From positions 31,744 through 95,743 of the forward strand of contig NW_002060974.1 in assembly GCF_000150275.1 (NCBI RefSeq): DNA of 64,000 bases, given 5' to 3'. The DNA comes from Trichoplax adhaerens. Its lineage: Eukaryota; Animalia; Placozoa. The notes below the pieces were generated by a model that had not been told where the DNA came from, searched no databases, and worked only from the letters and a program-made list of their open reading frames with translations. How positions within the stretch are numbered: position 1 is the stretch's first letter; each line of letters opens with the position of its first letter. The translations under genes and the position numbers were made by a program. This document shows positions 27,965 to 41,066 of this stretch, piece by piece.

Positions 27965-30900
27965 CTATTTAAAATAACTTTCAATACTCATTTGCTTCGA
28001 TGTTGAATTATCCAAGTGGGTTTGGCTGGCTATATTTTTTGCTTTATGATGCTTTTTCATTTCGTATTTGAGCTTCTTTCGCGGTGTAGTATTTAAATTG
28101 GTATCTTTAGAATTCAAACAGTTTCCTATGCCTTTCGTCAACACACCCGATGGTCTCTTGTTGCCTTGGTGGGTAATACAAACAGGTGATAAGTTTAGTT
28201 GTTGTTGAACTACTTTCTTTTCACTGATGGTTGGCGAACTATTTCTGTTTTCGATGGGATCTAAGATATTTATACGATCTGTAGTGGATAAAAGAATAAG
28301 GTTTTAATCTATACTTATCAATTATAGTATTGTTACGATTATTACTTAATGTAAGGGATTACAACTACGCCTTGCTATTTATTTTGCTGATATTAATTAA
28401 TGATAGATTACGTTGTAGATATTTGAAAACGTGAATTTGTCTCCACTTAATAAGAAAATAGATTTAGAAGATGATACTGCCACAATACATTGATAATTAA
28501 AAATTTGTCTTTGGGTATGCATTAGCATACCGTTGTTCTGTACACTAGATTTTTCAGACGTTGTAGTTTCAGCTGCTGTCTGACATACACCGATTAAATT
28601 ACGAGGCTCTATAACGTCATAGTCGTTGCGTAAGCGCCTATAATGGAATAAATAATGGCCAAAAAATGATTTTCATACAGGTGTTACGATGAGTTGAGCA
28701 ATATTTTTAACATTTATTGTTATTTTAAATTGAATGTTGAAGTTGGCTATTTTAATAGTATATAAATTAACTTACCAAATTCTGTAGTTGTCATCGGAAC
28801 ACGTCGCTATCTAATATAATTAGAAATAATGTTGAGTACAAAGTAAATTGATCTCTTAGTATACAAATGTGCACTAAAATAGAGCTAACAAAGCCGAAAT
28901 CGTGTGGACACCAATCAACGCAGGTAACTTCGCTAGAATGACCAATTAAAGTCAAAGGCGCTTGTGTTGGATTGCTAACCTAATTTCAATATCGAAGAGA
29001 ATATAGTGGCCATTTTATGATATTTTAATTTTTTCATGCAGTATTTCAGACTTAGTGTACCTTCCAAATATAAGAATTTGTACACGATGATCCACTTATT
29101 AGATAACGATCATCAGGGCTTAATGCAGCCTTAACAAAGAAGGAAGCATTGCTATGCCCAGAATATACAGCAGATGGCTTGATTGTGGTAGAATGCAAGT
29201 TATACTTGTAAATTCTAAAAATACAAAGGGTTGTCATTGTTAGGTTTTATAATTACTTGCTGTGCTACTTGAACAGTACCTATTATCGGTACAACTGGCA
29301 AATAAATTCGATCGGGTTGAGTCTATGACAAGAGATGTGAATCCTAATAAAGCAGAAGTCAAGGGATTAATTTAAGTTGATCTGTTCTGCAAAGATCAAA
29401 TAACCTTTATGAGCTATTATATTTACCGCGAGCTCGAGGGCTATTACCGCTATAAAAAATTTCAGATAATGGCTTTGAAATTGATTTAGGACTGCTGTAG
29501 CATCGACGAATATCCCATTCTTTTAATTTTCTTTCGTTAGCAATCGTTCATTTAACAAAAATTCTAATTAGCACCACTCGATTGCTCAAACTAATGCAAA
29601 AATTTATCAGTTGAACGTGTCTAAATTATAGTTTACCCATCAGTCGCTCCAGCCGATAGTATAGTATGAGAACCATGATAAACAATGCAGGTTACACTCT
29701 AAAGAATAAATTGATTATTAATAAAAAAGAAATGTTGCACTATTATTAATTAGTATTAAGACGATTATAGATGGACAAGTTAGAAGTTTTATGCCGTTAA
29801 CACATCATAGACTTCTAAATTATATTAATATGAATGCACAGCTCATGGACGTACGTTTGCAGTAAATGTAGAAGCATCTTTCCGGAATATCTTTTTATGA
29901 GGATTAATTCCATGTGCATTTTGTATCATATTCACAGGCTTATAAAGACCACCTATAAAATTATTAGTGTATTTCAAAGTTTGGCAGTACGAATTTTTGG
30001 TGATAAATTTAAGCATGCAGTTTAGTGTATTGAAGGAGAAGCCACATCTAATGCTATTATTATAATCAATTACAAAGTCACTAAGAGAAATTTCTTAACA
30101 TTGCGTTGATAAATTGGCATATTATAACGTGAAGGTAAAAATTGATTGCTATCCTTTTAAATTATTCAGTTTATTGATAGAGGGAATCTTACTGTGGTGA
30201 AAGCAATTTATTACCTATGCTAACACTAACAACTGACGTAACACTAATCATTTACCGGCTTTATTACATCGAGGATCCCAAATCATGATACTTCCATCTC
30301 GAGAACCAGTAGCAAACACACCTAAGAGCCATAGTAGTGATGTTCATATAGGGAAAGTGATAGTTATATCAACAATACATGTTATCAGAACATTGCTTTG
30401 CTCTCCATACCTGTATCATCAGGTTGTATATCGATGCATTTAACGCTCCCTTTGTGTCCCGCATAGGCTGCCAAATTGATATTTTTACATGTATCCCATT
30501 CAATTACAGTTCCATCTCCCGATCCAGTTAGCTAAATACGAGGATTGAGCTTTTGAGTTACAGTAGTTTAACAAAAAGTGTCTAACAGTTACTTCCGATA
30601 ATTTATGCATTACCAACTTATCGCCATCACTACGCCATGCTATGTCAAAGATTGCGTTGGCATGGGCATTCCATTCTGATGAAAATGCAATTGCAAGTAG
30701 CGATAAGTATTAAAAGTTTTAAATTATCATACCATAATTGTACGTAGTTACAGTATTTTCACTGTTTGCTCGTTTGTACTTTATCATACAATCGATACGT
30801 AATCCTGGGATGATCGGGAAATGTTAAATACTGATTACAACAGTCCTTATTTAAACATACCTTTAACCACAGCAGATCGATTGTAATTAACTAACTGGAC

Positions 30901-32428
30901 CGAACCACCTTCATCGGCGATAGCTAATACATGCGAAGAATTTCTGGCTGTAATAAATGATATCAAACCAAGTTTATTGAAGTTGGATACATAGTAAATA
31001 AGATACTGTCTGAATTAGCTAATGAGACGTTATCATGCATGATTCAAGAATATTACCAGGACAAAATTTGCATGAAAAGGGGGGCACCGGAGTCTAGGTA
31101 TATCATAAGAAAGCAATATACAGGTACGTCAGCATTCGAAGCTAGCTAGAGGCAATTTAAGTAGCATCGCTCAAAATATATGTGTATATAGCTAGAGGCA
31201 ATTTAAAAGCATCGTTCCAACTGTATTAAACTATTGAACATTAGCCAATATAGCAAATTAGCTAGGCAAAAGTATGTATCCATAGGTGGATTTGAGGTGT
31301 TTATTTTTTAGTTGTGTCATCACTCATCAGTCTACAGTATCCACATGACAAGATGATTTGGATTTTGATAAACTTACCAGGCCATCTACTTCAAGAGCGA
31401 CATGTTCATCAGCACGAGTTGATACGAATTGATTGATGATGATTGACTGAATTTGAGAAGCTGTTATTGAAAAGTTAAATACAGAGGATGAGTTGAACAT
31501 GTCTATAATATCGATTTCAATGAGTTACAAGTGATGCAATGTTTCTGTATACTTTATTGCTACATTTAAGTTATTTGAATGATTATAATCCAATTTCACT
31601 TTAGGTGTTTTTCACCTACGAAGGAAATCTTTTAGCCTTCTACTGTACTGTACTGTACATTCATTCGTATACGTATCAGGTAGACTTTCCACCATGATTT
31701 GATCATTGTGAAATTACTCTCCAACTATTGGCAAGTGTCATTGCATGATGAATGCATGTCAATATGGCCGTACCTAGCTGGTATTCATGCTTTCCTCTAC
31801 TTTGTCGATATTGGGTTAAAGCAGCTAACATGTTGAGGTATTAAAGGAACTAGATTCAAAATGATGGTAGAGAAAGATGTAGCATCCAATGGATGCCTTG
31901 ATGTTAATATCGCAATGGATAGGTCTTGAAACTCCGATTGAAAAAAGCAACGTCATCTTATTACCTGCAAGTCTACCATGAGGAAAGCTAGGAATGGTTG
32001 CTTCGATCGAAAGTACGTACAGTCTCTCAATCAGATGATCCAGATCGTTTAGCGTACTTGGCAGACGGTGCAGAGAAGTAATAATTTAATAAATTAATGA
32101 TCTTGCAATTGTTATTGTTGGTTATTATCGGGCACGTCGTTCTGCAATAATTGACAATTTTGTCCTTGTGATCACTTGAGATTGTGCAGTAGTCAATTCT
32201 TAGTCATGAATCGATGAATGCTGTCTATTGCAGGCGAATAGCCATTCGTTTAGCACAGTAGCTTGCAATGGATGTCGAGTAGCGATGTCGACGATGAAGA
32301 GTTTGCCACGGAAATGATGGCATTCCGCTAATCCATGCCTACCTTGCTGTACTGTAGCCTGTTGACTGTTGTAATGTCTCAGTAATGATACTATCCATTG
32401 TATGCATGTGGCGTAGGATGGTCATCAT
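27965..32428 (-). CDS. DTL: Denticleless/CDT2 (CRL4 substrate receptor, WD40), multi-exon
   Basis: Exons read DEHVAL..PVPPFSCKF, LAIADEGG, WNAHANAIFDIAW, GHKGSVKCI, FATGSRDGSIMIWD, SAGATDG, GHSNASFFVKAALSPDDRYLISGSS, GHSSEVTCVDWC, and end KQMSIESYFK*. The first two exons and the start (32428 or 32398) are tentative. Confidence 0.9.
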
Positions 32429-32432
32429 CCAC

Positions 32433-32640
32433 TTTTAAAATTTCGCGGCAGAAATTGCCGCGCAATAGAAAGGAAGGAGCTGATTGGCTGAGAGTGCCGC
32501 GATGGATACAGCGTTGTACTGTACACTGTACACTGTAGAGTGCCTACTGTACAGTACTGTACAGTATACTCTAGGCTGTACAGTACAATCCTTACAGTAC
32601 TGTACTGTACTGTACTGTACTGTACCACTACACAGTAGTG
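32433..32640. promoter_or_regulatory. DTL proximal promoter: E2F-like sites, CCAAT box and TACAGTA array
   Basis: TTTCGCGGC (32441-32449), inverted TTGCCGCGCAA (32455-32465), CTGATTGGCT (32480-32489), then (TACTG)n/GTAC repeats at 32514-32630. Confidence 0.6.
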
Positions 32641-32844
32641 CCCCATACAATCCTCTTGGTCCCATACAATCCTATAGTTGATTGTTGAATGCTTTCCATC
32701 TTAATGAAGAATGTACTTACAGCACTTCAGTATGCAAACTGTCCATTCTAAATATGAGATCCATTTTTTTTCCAACTATAAATTAACTAGCGAAACCCAC
32801 AGAAATTCCACGGAATAGAGTGCTATTTTAGGTTAATAGAGTAT

Positions 32845-33024
32845 GATTTTTGATTCAAAAAAAGGAGTAGCCTATTATTTTACCGGTCATTTTGCTCTAT
32901 CGCAAGACTGAAACTGTGCATGGTAAGACAGACGGACCGCTGAGATTTTGATTCATAGAAAAGAGTGGTCGATTATTTTGCCGGTCATTTCCCTCTATCG
33001 CAAGACTGAAACCGTACATGGTAC
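32845..33024. repeat. ~99-bp direct duplication in the DTL-INTS7 intergenic region
   Basis: ATTATTTT..CCGGTCATTT..CTCTATCGCAAGACTGAAAC.GT.CATGGTA occurs twice. Confidence 0.85.
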
Positions 33025-33308
33025 TGTGCCTAACTCGCTTGGCCAACGTACCTGCGTAGAACTGCACGAATGACAGTCAGTCAGTCAGTCGGTCCGACCG
33101 TACGGTACAATGTGACTCCATGTTGGAAAAAAACCTCTCGATCACAACACTGGACTCGGTCTATCCCATCATTCAGCTGGTGCTGTACGGGTAGTGGAAG
33201 TGACTTGAGTCAGGGGTAAGTTCCAAGCTTCGGATCGCGCAAGCGTAGACACAACTTGTTGTGATAATAAGGAGCCGTAGCGTAGAACCTTCCTTGGCAC
33301 CTTTCACT

Positions 33309-36300
33309 ATGGCTACCGGTGGAGTGGATTGGGATGGATCGTTTACTCATCAGCATGATTGGCGAGATGCAAATTCTGCCATGATTGAACTAGAAAAGGG
33401 TAAGTTGGATAACACTAATCGTAGATTAATTCTTGCCGCTAAGCCATAAGTATGCTGTTATTTCCAAGGAAGGAAATGACCTTTCGTACTGTTGTAATAT
33501 TACTCGCCTCCTTGGGCACAATTGTTCTTGAGGCCATGCAAATGAATCCCGTTTGCATTGCATGCTCATCTTTGACGTATGGATTACTCCATCAACTTGC
33601 AATGAAACGCTGGCTATGGCGGTGTAAAGAAGTAACTTTTCATGCAAACACGATTCACAATGGATACAGCCATCGTTGACGGTGATGAAGATGAATGGAG
33701 AACCATTGCCTGATTCCTGCTGTTCATACTTGATCATGAAATCCAGCTCGATAAAAGTCAACGTCCAACGAGTTATATGCAATAATTCACCATACAATTT
33801 ACAAGAGCATTTCCTTACTGATATCTTGTAACAAAATCCCTTCAACCTATGCAAATAACTATCTATAGTTCACCTTTAAAAGAATTGAAATATCTTTAGA
33901 AACATGAGTCACTGTTACCTCTTGCCTTACTGTAGATTGAGTGGTGACTAAAGTGCATCAACACATCGCATGATTCGTACGCTATCATGACTTGCCATAT
34001 CATTGCTATTGAGATCACAGTCTATTTCAATCAACTTAATAGGATAATTTTATATTTTGACTTTTTAATAGGCCTTCGCTCATCCAATATTGGTGAACAA
34101 TGTGAAGCGATTGTTCGCTTTCCGAAATTGTTTGAAAAGTTTCCTTTTCCTATCCTCGTCAATTCGGCGTTTATGAAATTAACCGATTTATTTTATTCAG
34201 GGTACGATGATGATAGAAAATGTAACCTCTCTTGTCATGCGTGTCGATATATATTTACTATTTCAATTTTTAACATTGTCTTTTACCGTTATGAATATCG
34301 AGCTTACTTCTTGCTATTATCGCAATAGTATATTAGCTGCTGTACGTACTATACCTTAATTGTTATTATTTATCTTTTATACGTTTATCATCAGTACAAG
34401 ATCAGTACCTGTTATCATATTTGTGAACTGAATAGGCGTAGAGCTGTACATTTTTTATATTGTATTTTGTCGTTAGAACTTTGTTACTTGATTGAGTTAT
34501 AAATACTAGGTAATTTGTGCCGATAATTAGAACGGAAAATAAGCATACTACGTTGTAAAAATTAACTGGAGATTAAACAAAATCTAAATTTGTGAAATTG
34601 TAAGATTGAAAAATAATACTTGCAATAATTATTTGTTACAGGAGTAATTTTCTACGCCTTTGCATTTTACAAGTTACTAAAGACAGTCGAAAACATTTAG
34701 GAAAGATTTTAAATGTTGAAGATTGTGTTCGACGTTTATATTCTGTCATGTTAAGTAATGATCCTGTTGCAAGAGCAATCACTTTAAGGTACGGCAACGT
34801 AGTACAACTAATTCATGATACGCTATTGTAGTTTAAAAATTGCCTTGATATAAGCTCATACGAGTATATTGGATAAATAATTGATTGATGGAGCCACTAC
34901 TACCATTTCTATACATGAAGGTAGTAAAGGCGTCAGTCACTTTAAACATGGATTGTAAGAAAGTTATGATTTTATATTTTTATAGCCTAACTTTATTGCT
35001 TGACTTAAAAGTGTTTTTAATATTAGCAATCTAGTTACCGATATCAAAGTGGATAATTAAATATAGTATGCAGTAAATGAGTACAGTCAAGAAATAATAT
35101 TCTTTTATTCTTCATAGCCAAAATGATTTTTATATTTTCTTCAGCCTTTCATTAATTGAATAATGCATGTACGATTGTATAGTACGTATATCTTAACCTT
35201 AATGATTGTTGCACAAGTAATTGATGTGTACTTGTTATACAATGTAATTTATACAAGATAATACAGTATAAAGTGCTAAATTGACATTTTTTACCATTAA
35301 AAATACCTTAGTTGAATTGATCATTGATACTTGCTAATAAATCACTGCAATGACGATAATTTTTACATAATAATTTAGTCTAAAGTAATACTGCTATATT
35401 TGATATAAAATTTTAGAGTGTTTGGAAATATTGCTTCCATTATCGCCGAGCACAAGAATATTCACCATAGGTAGGCTCTATAGGATAGCTCTATTGTAGA
35501 TATTTTCTTTTTAATCAAATCATGTTATAGTTACTCAGATTGCTTCTAAGTAAGGCATAAATTGTCGTATTGATAGCATACAACATAGCCTAGACTCTCA
35601 CGACCATATTGAATTGGAAGGTGCTATTCTCGCTTCTTACCGACTTAGTGCAGAATCGGCGTAAGTCAACTAAATACAATACCTATTTTGTATCTTATTG
35701 TGTAAAGTTAAAAAGTGTTTCTGTTTCTTGCTTATTGACCGCAATTTTGAAATATTACTTGATTCAATGCAGGACTTTTGCTTCCGCAATCTGTAGTAAA
35801 ATCGCAAATATGATCCAAGGTAAGGAAACAGATCAATAAACCTAAAAAATAGCTACTAGATTAGTATTTATTAATGTTGCTTAACTCATTGCGAGAGATA
35901 TATTGAAAGCGCTTTAATAGCTAGTTAATCAAATTTTTATGTTGAATAAGAAATAGTTCAAAATTGTAATTTTTTATTTAGGAATGGGCACATCCATAGA
36001 AGTGAAAATAAAAATGATTCGCATACTACGTTACATGCATCACGATGAAGAATCGATATCCAAGGTAAATGTTGATATCAAGTGTCTGGTAATATTCCCA
36101 TCTTCCATACATGTTGTGTTGTGTTGTGTTTTGACATTCATGTTTATTGCAATAGGCGCGTCAGTTGTGTCACACGCTTTTAATTGCGTATCCTGGCTCC
36201 AATTTTGTAAAGATTACTCTCCACGTTTTATCTTTACTATCTATTAAATCAGTATTAGACATTTCTCATCAGGTATGCTACATACGTATACGCTTTATTG

Positions 36301-39300
36301 ATATTGATTTTACAGTTGACACCAATGCCCTACTCAAATTACAGCATTATATTGATTTCTATTCGTTTCTTATATATTACTTTGTCTCTAGATTTCCTTC
36401 TTATTGAATTACTTAAAATCGGATCAAAGATTAGAGATTCGTAGAATAGCTATTCAAGATTTAAGATTATTTGCTAGAAAAGTGCCTCATATGTGGAATA
36501 AGGAAGATATTCAGGTTAATTAACTTTATTATAGCATTAGCTTTGGCAGTCTTTGTTCATGAAAGATATTAGGTACCATAATGATTAGTATTTAAAACAT
36601 AGAGTTTTTTGATGCTATAGTTAAGCCTATAACGTTATTTTGTTACAATATCATTATCACGCTTGGATAGGGATTATGTGAGATCCTTCTATCCTTTCCT
36701 CAGCAAGAGATTCAAATACTTATTTTGCGAACCTTAGTGATACTGGCTCATTCTGTAGCGGTAAAATGCATGGCAGAATGCGAAGGTATGTGATAGAAGT
36801 TTAATTGTGTAAAAAATTCCAAAATGATTAATATTAACATGAGTTGCGAAATTCACTGGGTATTGTAAAAATTTATCAACGTAAGACTATTTATTATTAT
36901 AGACATTGTCAAAGTTTTCGAACGATTTGGGTTACACGCGAATTTAGCCTTTGCCGCATTAACGTTAGACTTTTGTTCCTCTGTTGCTAATTCAGATCAT
37001 TATGGTAATACAAATAAAAGTATATAAAATTTGATACATGTATAAAAATTGTTTATGGTAGAATAGATCAGAGGCATTTGTGTTCATATATTCATTGATT
37101 TATTAAGACCTTAACTTCTTAAAATTTTGTTCTATAAAGAGCGCAAGTGTACCGCAACGGATGCTACGGAGTTTTATCAACAACTTGAAGTTGGCATAGA
37201 AATGTTGTTAATTAGTTATGCAACGTCGAAAAAAGTTCACAAAGAAATTGAAAAGGTATATAGTTATTAATATTATGCAGTGTACGTAAAATTTTATTTT
37301 CTATTAGTTCCTTAGTTAAAAAACATTTGTCTTATTTGTTGTCTAGCTATGTTTTCGTTGTATCAAGAATATCATCCAAGTTTATACTCCAGCTAGAAAT
37401 TCACTCATACAATTGGTTTCTGCAATAATTCCTAATGTTGACGGTAGCTAAAGCTTCAACTTTATACACTTAGCGTAGAATTTAAATTGTTATCGAACTC
37501 ATAAATGTATCATATCTGTGCAATAATAATTTTTTATCGTCTCTGATAGTATCCATCGGTGTAATGTTATGTAATATACTGAAAATAATCGGAGCCAATT
37601 CTCAGTTGTTCGAAGCAATAAAAGTAATTCTTCAAAAGCTATCGAATACATCACAAAATCTTTCGGAATCTCAAGATAATAGCAACAGTACAATAGTAAG
37701 TGAACCACTGCTTGTTTAATGACTTTATTACTCTATCCTGTTCTTTTCGGTGGTTTAATTGGTAACTTTTATTTTATTAGGTGGCGATAGTGACGCTACT
37801 ATCGTATGGCATTCCTCATGTAGATGATGAAAATAATCTACAAATGTTTAGCCTTCTCGCCCCTTTTATCGATGTATTAAAAGCAAACGGTAATTACTGG
37901 AGTGTCTTTTGTATTGCTCGTTCTAGCGCTCAGGTTGGATTCTTCTCGGTCGCCTCTCCACTATTCAAGCAATTAACGATTAAGGTAGTAATTATGATTA
38001 TGTCCTGATAATAAGTTATTTATATCTGTATATTAATGGTTCAATCTTTCCTTACAGGTGTCATCCGAAAGTTACTACTTCTACTTAACGGCATTACATC
38101 ACTTTTGTCATGCTGAAAATCGGATAGCGTCGTTTCTTTTCGAAGATAACCGATCAACTGATTTATCGTTATGCCTTATGGACGCATGTAATGCTTATCA
38201 TAAAGGACTCACAGCATTGAAGGTTCATAGATCTTACAATCATAAAGCATAAAGTGACATCTTTTTGTAACTTCTTATAGACATCAATTGTTATCATTAC
38301 TTTTGATTATTGATAAATGCTACATTTTATTTAACAGGCTTCTGTTACTCCGAAGCATAGCTTGACTTTCCAATGCAAATTTGCAAAGCTCAGAGCGGAT
38401 TTTTTACAAGTTGGAATGACATTAAGTAGTTTTTGCTCAGCTATGAATACAACTGTATATTCCACATCTACTACCAATATTGTAAATCTTCCACAAGTTA
38501 GTAACAATATATATTGACGTAGAATACTGTTTGTCAGAACTATTAAATTAATTGCACCAATTATTGCTTCCATTTTATGCTTGAAGTGGGGAGCTTACGC
38601 ACGAACATTTCGGACTATAAGTGAAGATCTTGAAATTTTGTATAATCAATCATTTGATGCAGATTTAAATTCGTTGGATAATCTTAAAATGTGCGTTGAA
38701 TTGCGTTGAATTGCAAATTGGATTGATTGTTTGCTTTCCAAAAATTTAAAATACTTGATCTATTTACTGATTGGTGTGCCTCAAATGTGTGTATCAAATT
38801 GTAATCAGGTTTCAACAAAGTTGCCTACTAATGGCTTATTGTATAGAATTACTAACTGCTAACAGTGTTAGGTAAATATGCATTTAAGATAATTTTTACG
38901 TAATAAAATTTTACATTTTTAGCCTACACTAGTGACATGGGTAATCTTATTTTTTAATCTATTGCAGGGTAACATCTGAAGGGTTACTAAATCAGGATGT
39001 TACACTTAACTTGGCGGACGTAAATATCTGTCGATATCCGAATATGAATAAGTTTCATAAAGAGGTTACGGATAGAATTGCCGAATTTGCAGAGAAATGT
39101 AAAGGCCAAAATTTTAACCAAAGTGTACGTTGCAAGATTTTACAAGTTTTCATTATGTTTACACTATTGTTTTTAGAGCATCGTTTTTGAAACCTATTCT
39201 AACTCGGAATTTACTTGTAAATTTTTTAGCATGGTTTCTATGTAAGAGCTATTTTAAGTACATTATTGAAGGTTCCTTTCCGCTATCCTTCGTATTTCTT

Positions 39301-40143
39301 TGTTGGCCAGCAGACAACAAAAATCACAGTAAATGAATTTTAATGCAATATACAGTACATATCATATTATGTGATAAATTTTATACACTGTATTTTCTAA
39401 CTTGTATTTGATATAATCACATAAAATTATAAAGCTGGCTGTATCACCTAATGCTCGTCATCCCAATGAACCGATTTTGGTAATTTTACCAACTCAGTTG
39501 TTAATGAAGGTCGAAGGAATTATTCAACATGGTAGTAGGCAAGGTATCCATTAGTAATTGTATATCTTTAGTAAATTTTACTCTTTGATAAAATGCAGCA
39601 TCTTTTCGTCGATTTATTCCAGTTCACGTACCCTCCCAATCTTGCCATATTATGACGATTTATTGGCAATTTTCACCTTAGTTCTGAAATACGGAAATAT
39701 TTTATTTTCAATCTATTGTTTTAGGAATCCATCGGCGATTAAAATCGATTAGCTTAACGTTAAATGCTACTGTCAAAGAAGCACTAAGTGATACTGAAGC
39801 TTATTTTAAGGTAAATATATTAGCTAAAAATCTGTTTGTGAACGAGATATGGCTACGGTTTCTAATTTACTACAGTATTATGTACCACTGCTCTTAAATA
39901 TTTTCACATTTTATTTACTAGGCGACTACGGATATTGTCCTAAGACAAGTAGTAGAGCCTAAAAATGATTATTTTAGTGCACAATTTCTATTGAACTTTT
40001 CATTGCCAAGTCTATATAATGTCCATATTGATGTAAGCGTTATTGATGAAAATAGTGTCTCTTGGCATACTGGTCCACAAAGAGATATTCCAGTTCGATG
40101 TAACGCTGGTAATAACTCTAGTAATTTTGCTAGTCAAAGGTGA
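33309..40143 (+). CDS. INTS7: Integrator complex subunit 7, multi-exon
   Basis: DANSAMIELEK|GLRSSNIGEQCEAIVRFPKLFEKFPFPILVNSAFMKL, NFLRLCILQV, SNDPVARAITLR, SLDSHD, MHHD, AIQDLRLFA, FDAD, PKNDYFSAQFLL, WHTGP; stop at 40143. Confidence 0.95.
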
Positions 40144-41066
40144 ATGAGTATTTTGTTTTAGTGTACAGTTCCCACGGCGTTATTTAAAATAAAATTTTTT
40201 TGTACTATAAATCTGATGTACTTCTCGATATTACATGAAATAAAATGTATACTCGTATAACTTGTAAATCATGTATTGTATACACGTAACCGACAAGGAT
40301 ATTACAGCGAAGGGTATGACTACAGTATTGATCTTCGTTCGAGGTTCTAATTCGTCTGAACTTTTTTTGCAGAAATGCTGCAATATTAACAACCTTCATT
40401 TCTTTATTGAATACAACACATAAACGACAAAGGATATATCAACAGTAATCCATTAGATAAAATGCTAGTTCAGGGATTCTAGGTGTGATGAGTTCTTATA
40501 TCCATTAGTAAGTTGTCATTAGCCTGTATCGATATCATTTAATACGTTATTTCCTGCGAAAGATATAAAATAATATTTTTATGTATCGATGATCTGAATT
40601 AGAAGATTGTCTTTCAAATTACAGTTAAATGATTTTTATCGTATCTGAGTCTTGATTGATATGCAATACCAAACGACAACCTCGAGGATTGAAGGTTTCT
40701 GTGTTGTATTATTATAATAATAGTTATTATAAATTTTAGTAATGTTGCTGTACAACATAATAACCTTTCTAATGTACTGCTGGATGATCTGATCTTCATT
40801 CATATTTAAGGCAGAATCGGGAGTTTATAATCGCAACAAATGCTATAGATAACAAGGTCGCCTTGTGGATGAAATTATTATAATAAATAGTATAATGAAT
40901 AAAATTAATTAATTTAAAACATTTAAATCTCGAATATATAGCTACTCCTCTAATTACAGTAGAATACATTTTGCAAATATAGTGAAAGTCTATGATTGTA
41001 CACAAACAACGCATAAATAAGAGTACGTATTCCATTGATAGTTTATAAAATTACATGGTATACGGT

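Noticed and set aside
39544-39724. INTS7 intron beginning GTATCCAT, possibly U12-type
   Set aside because: It mismatches the RTATCCTT consensus and has no TCCTTRAY branch point near the acceptor.
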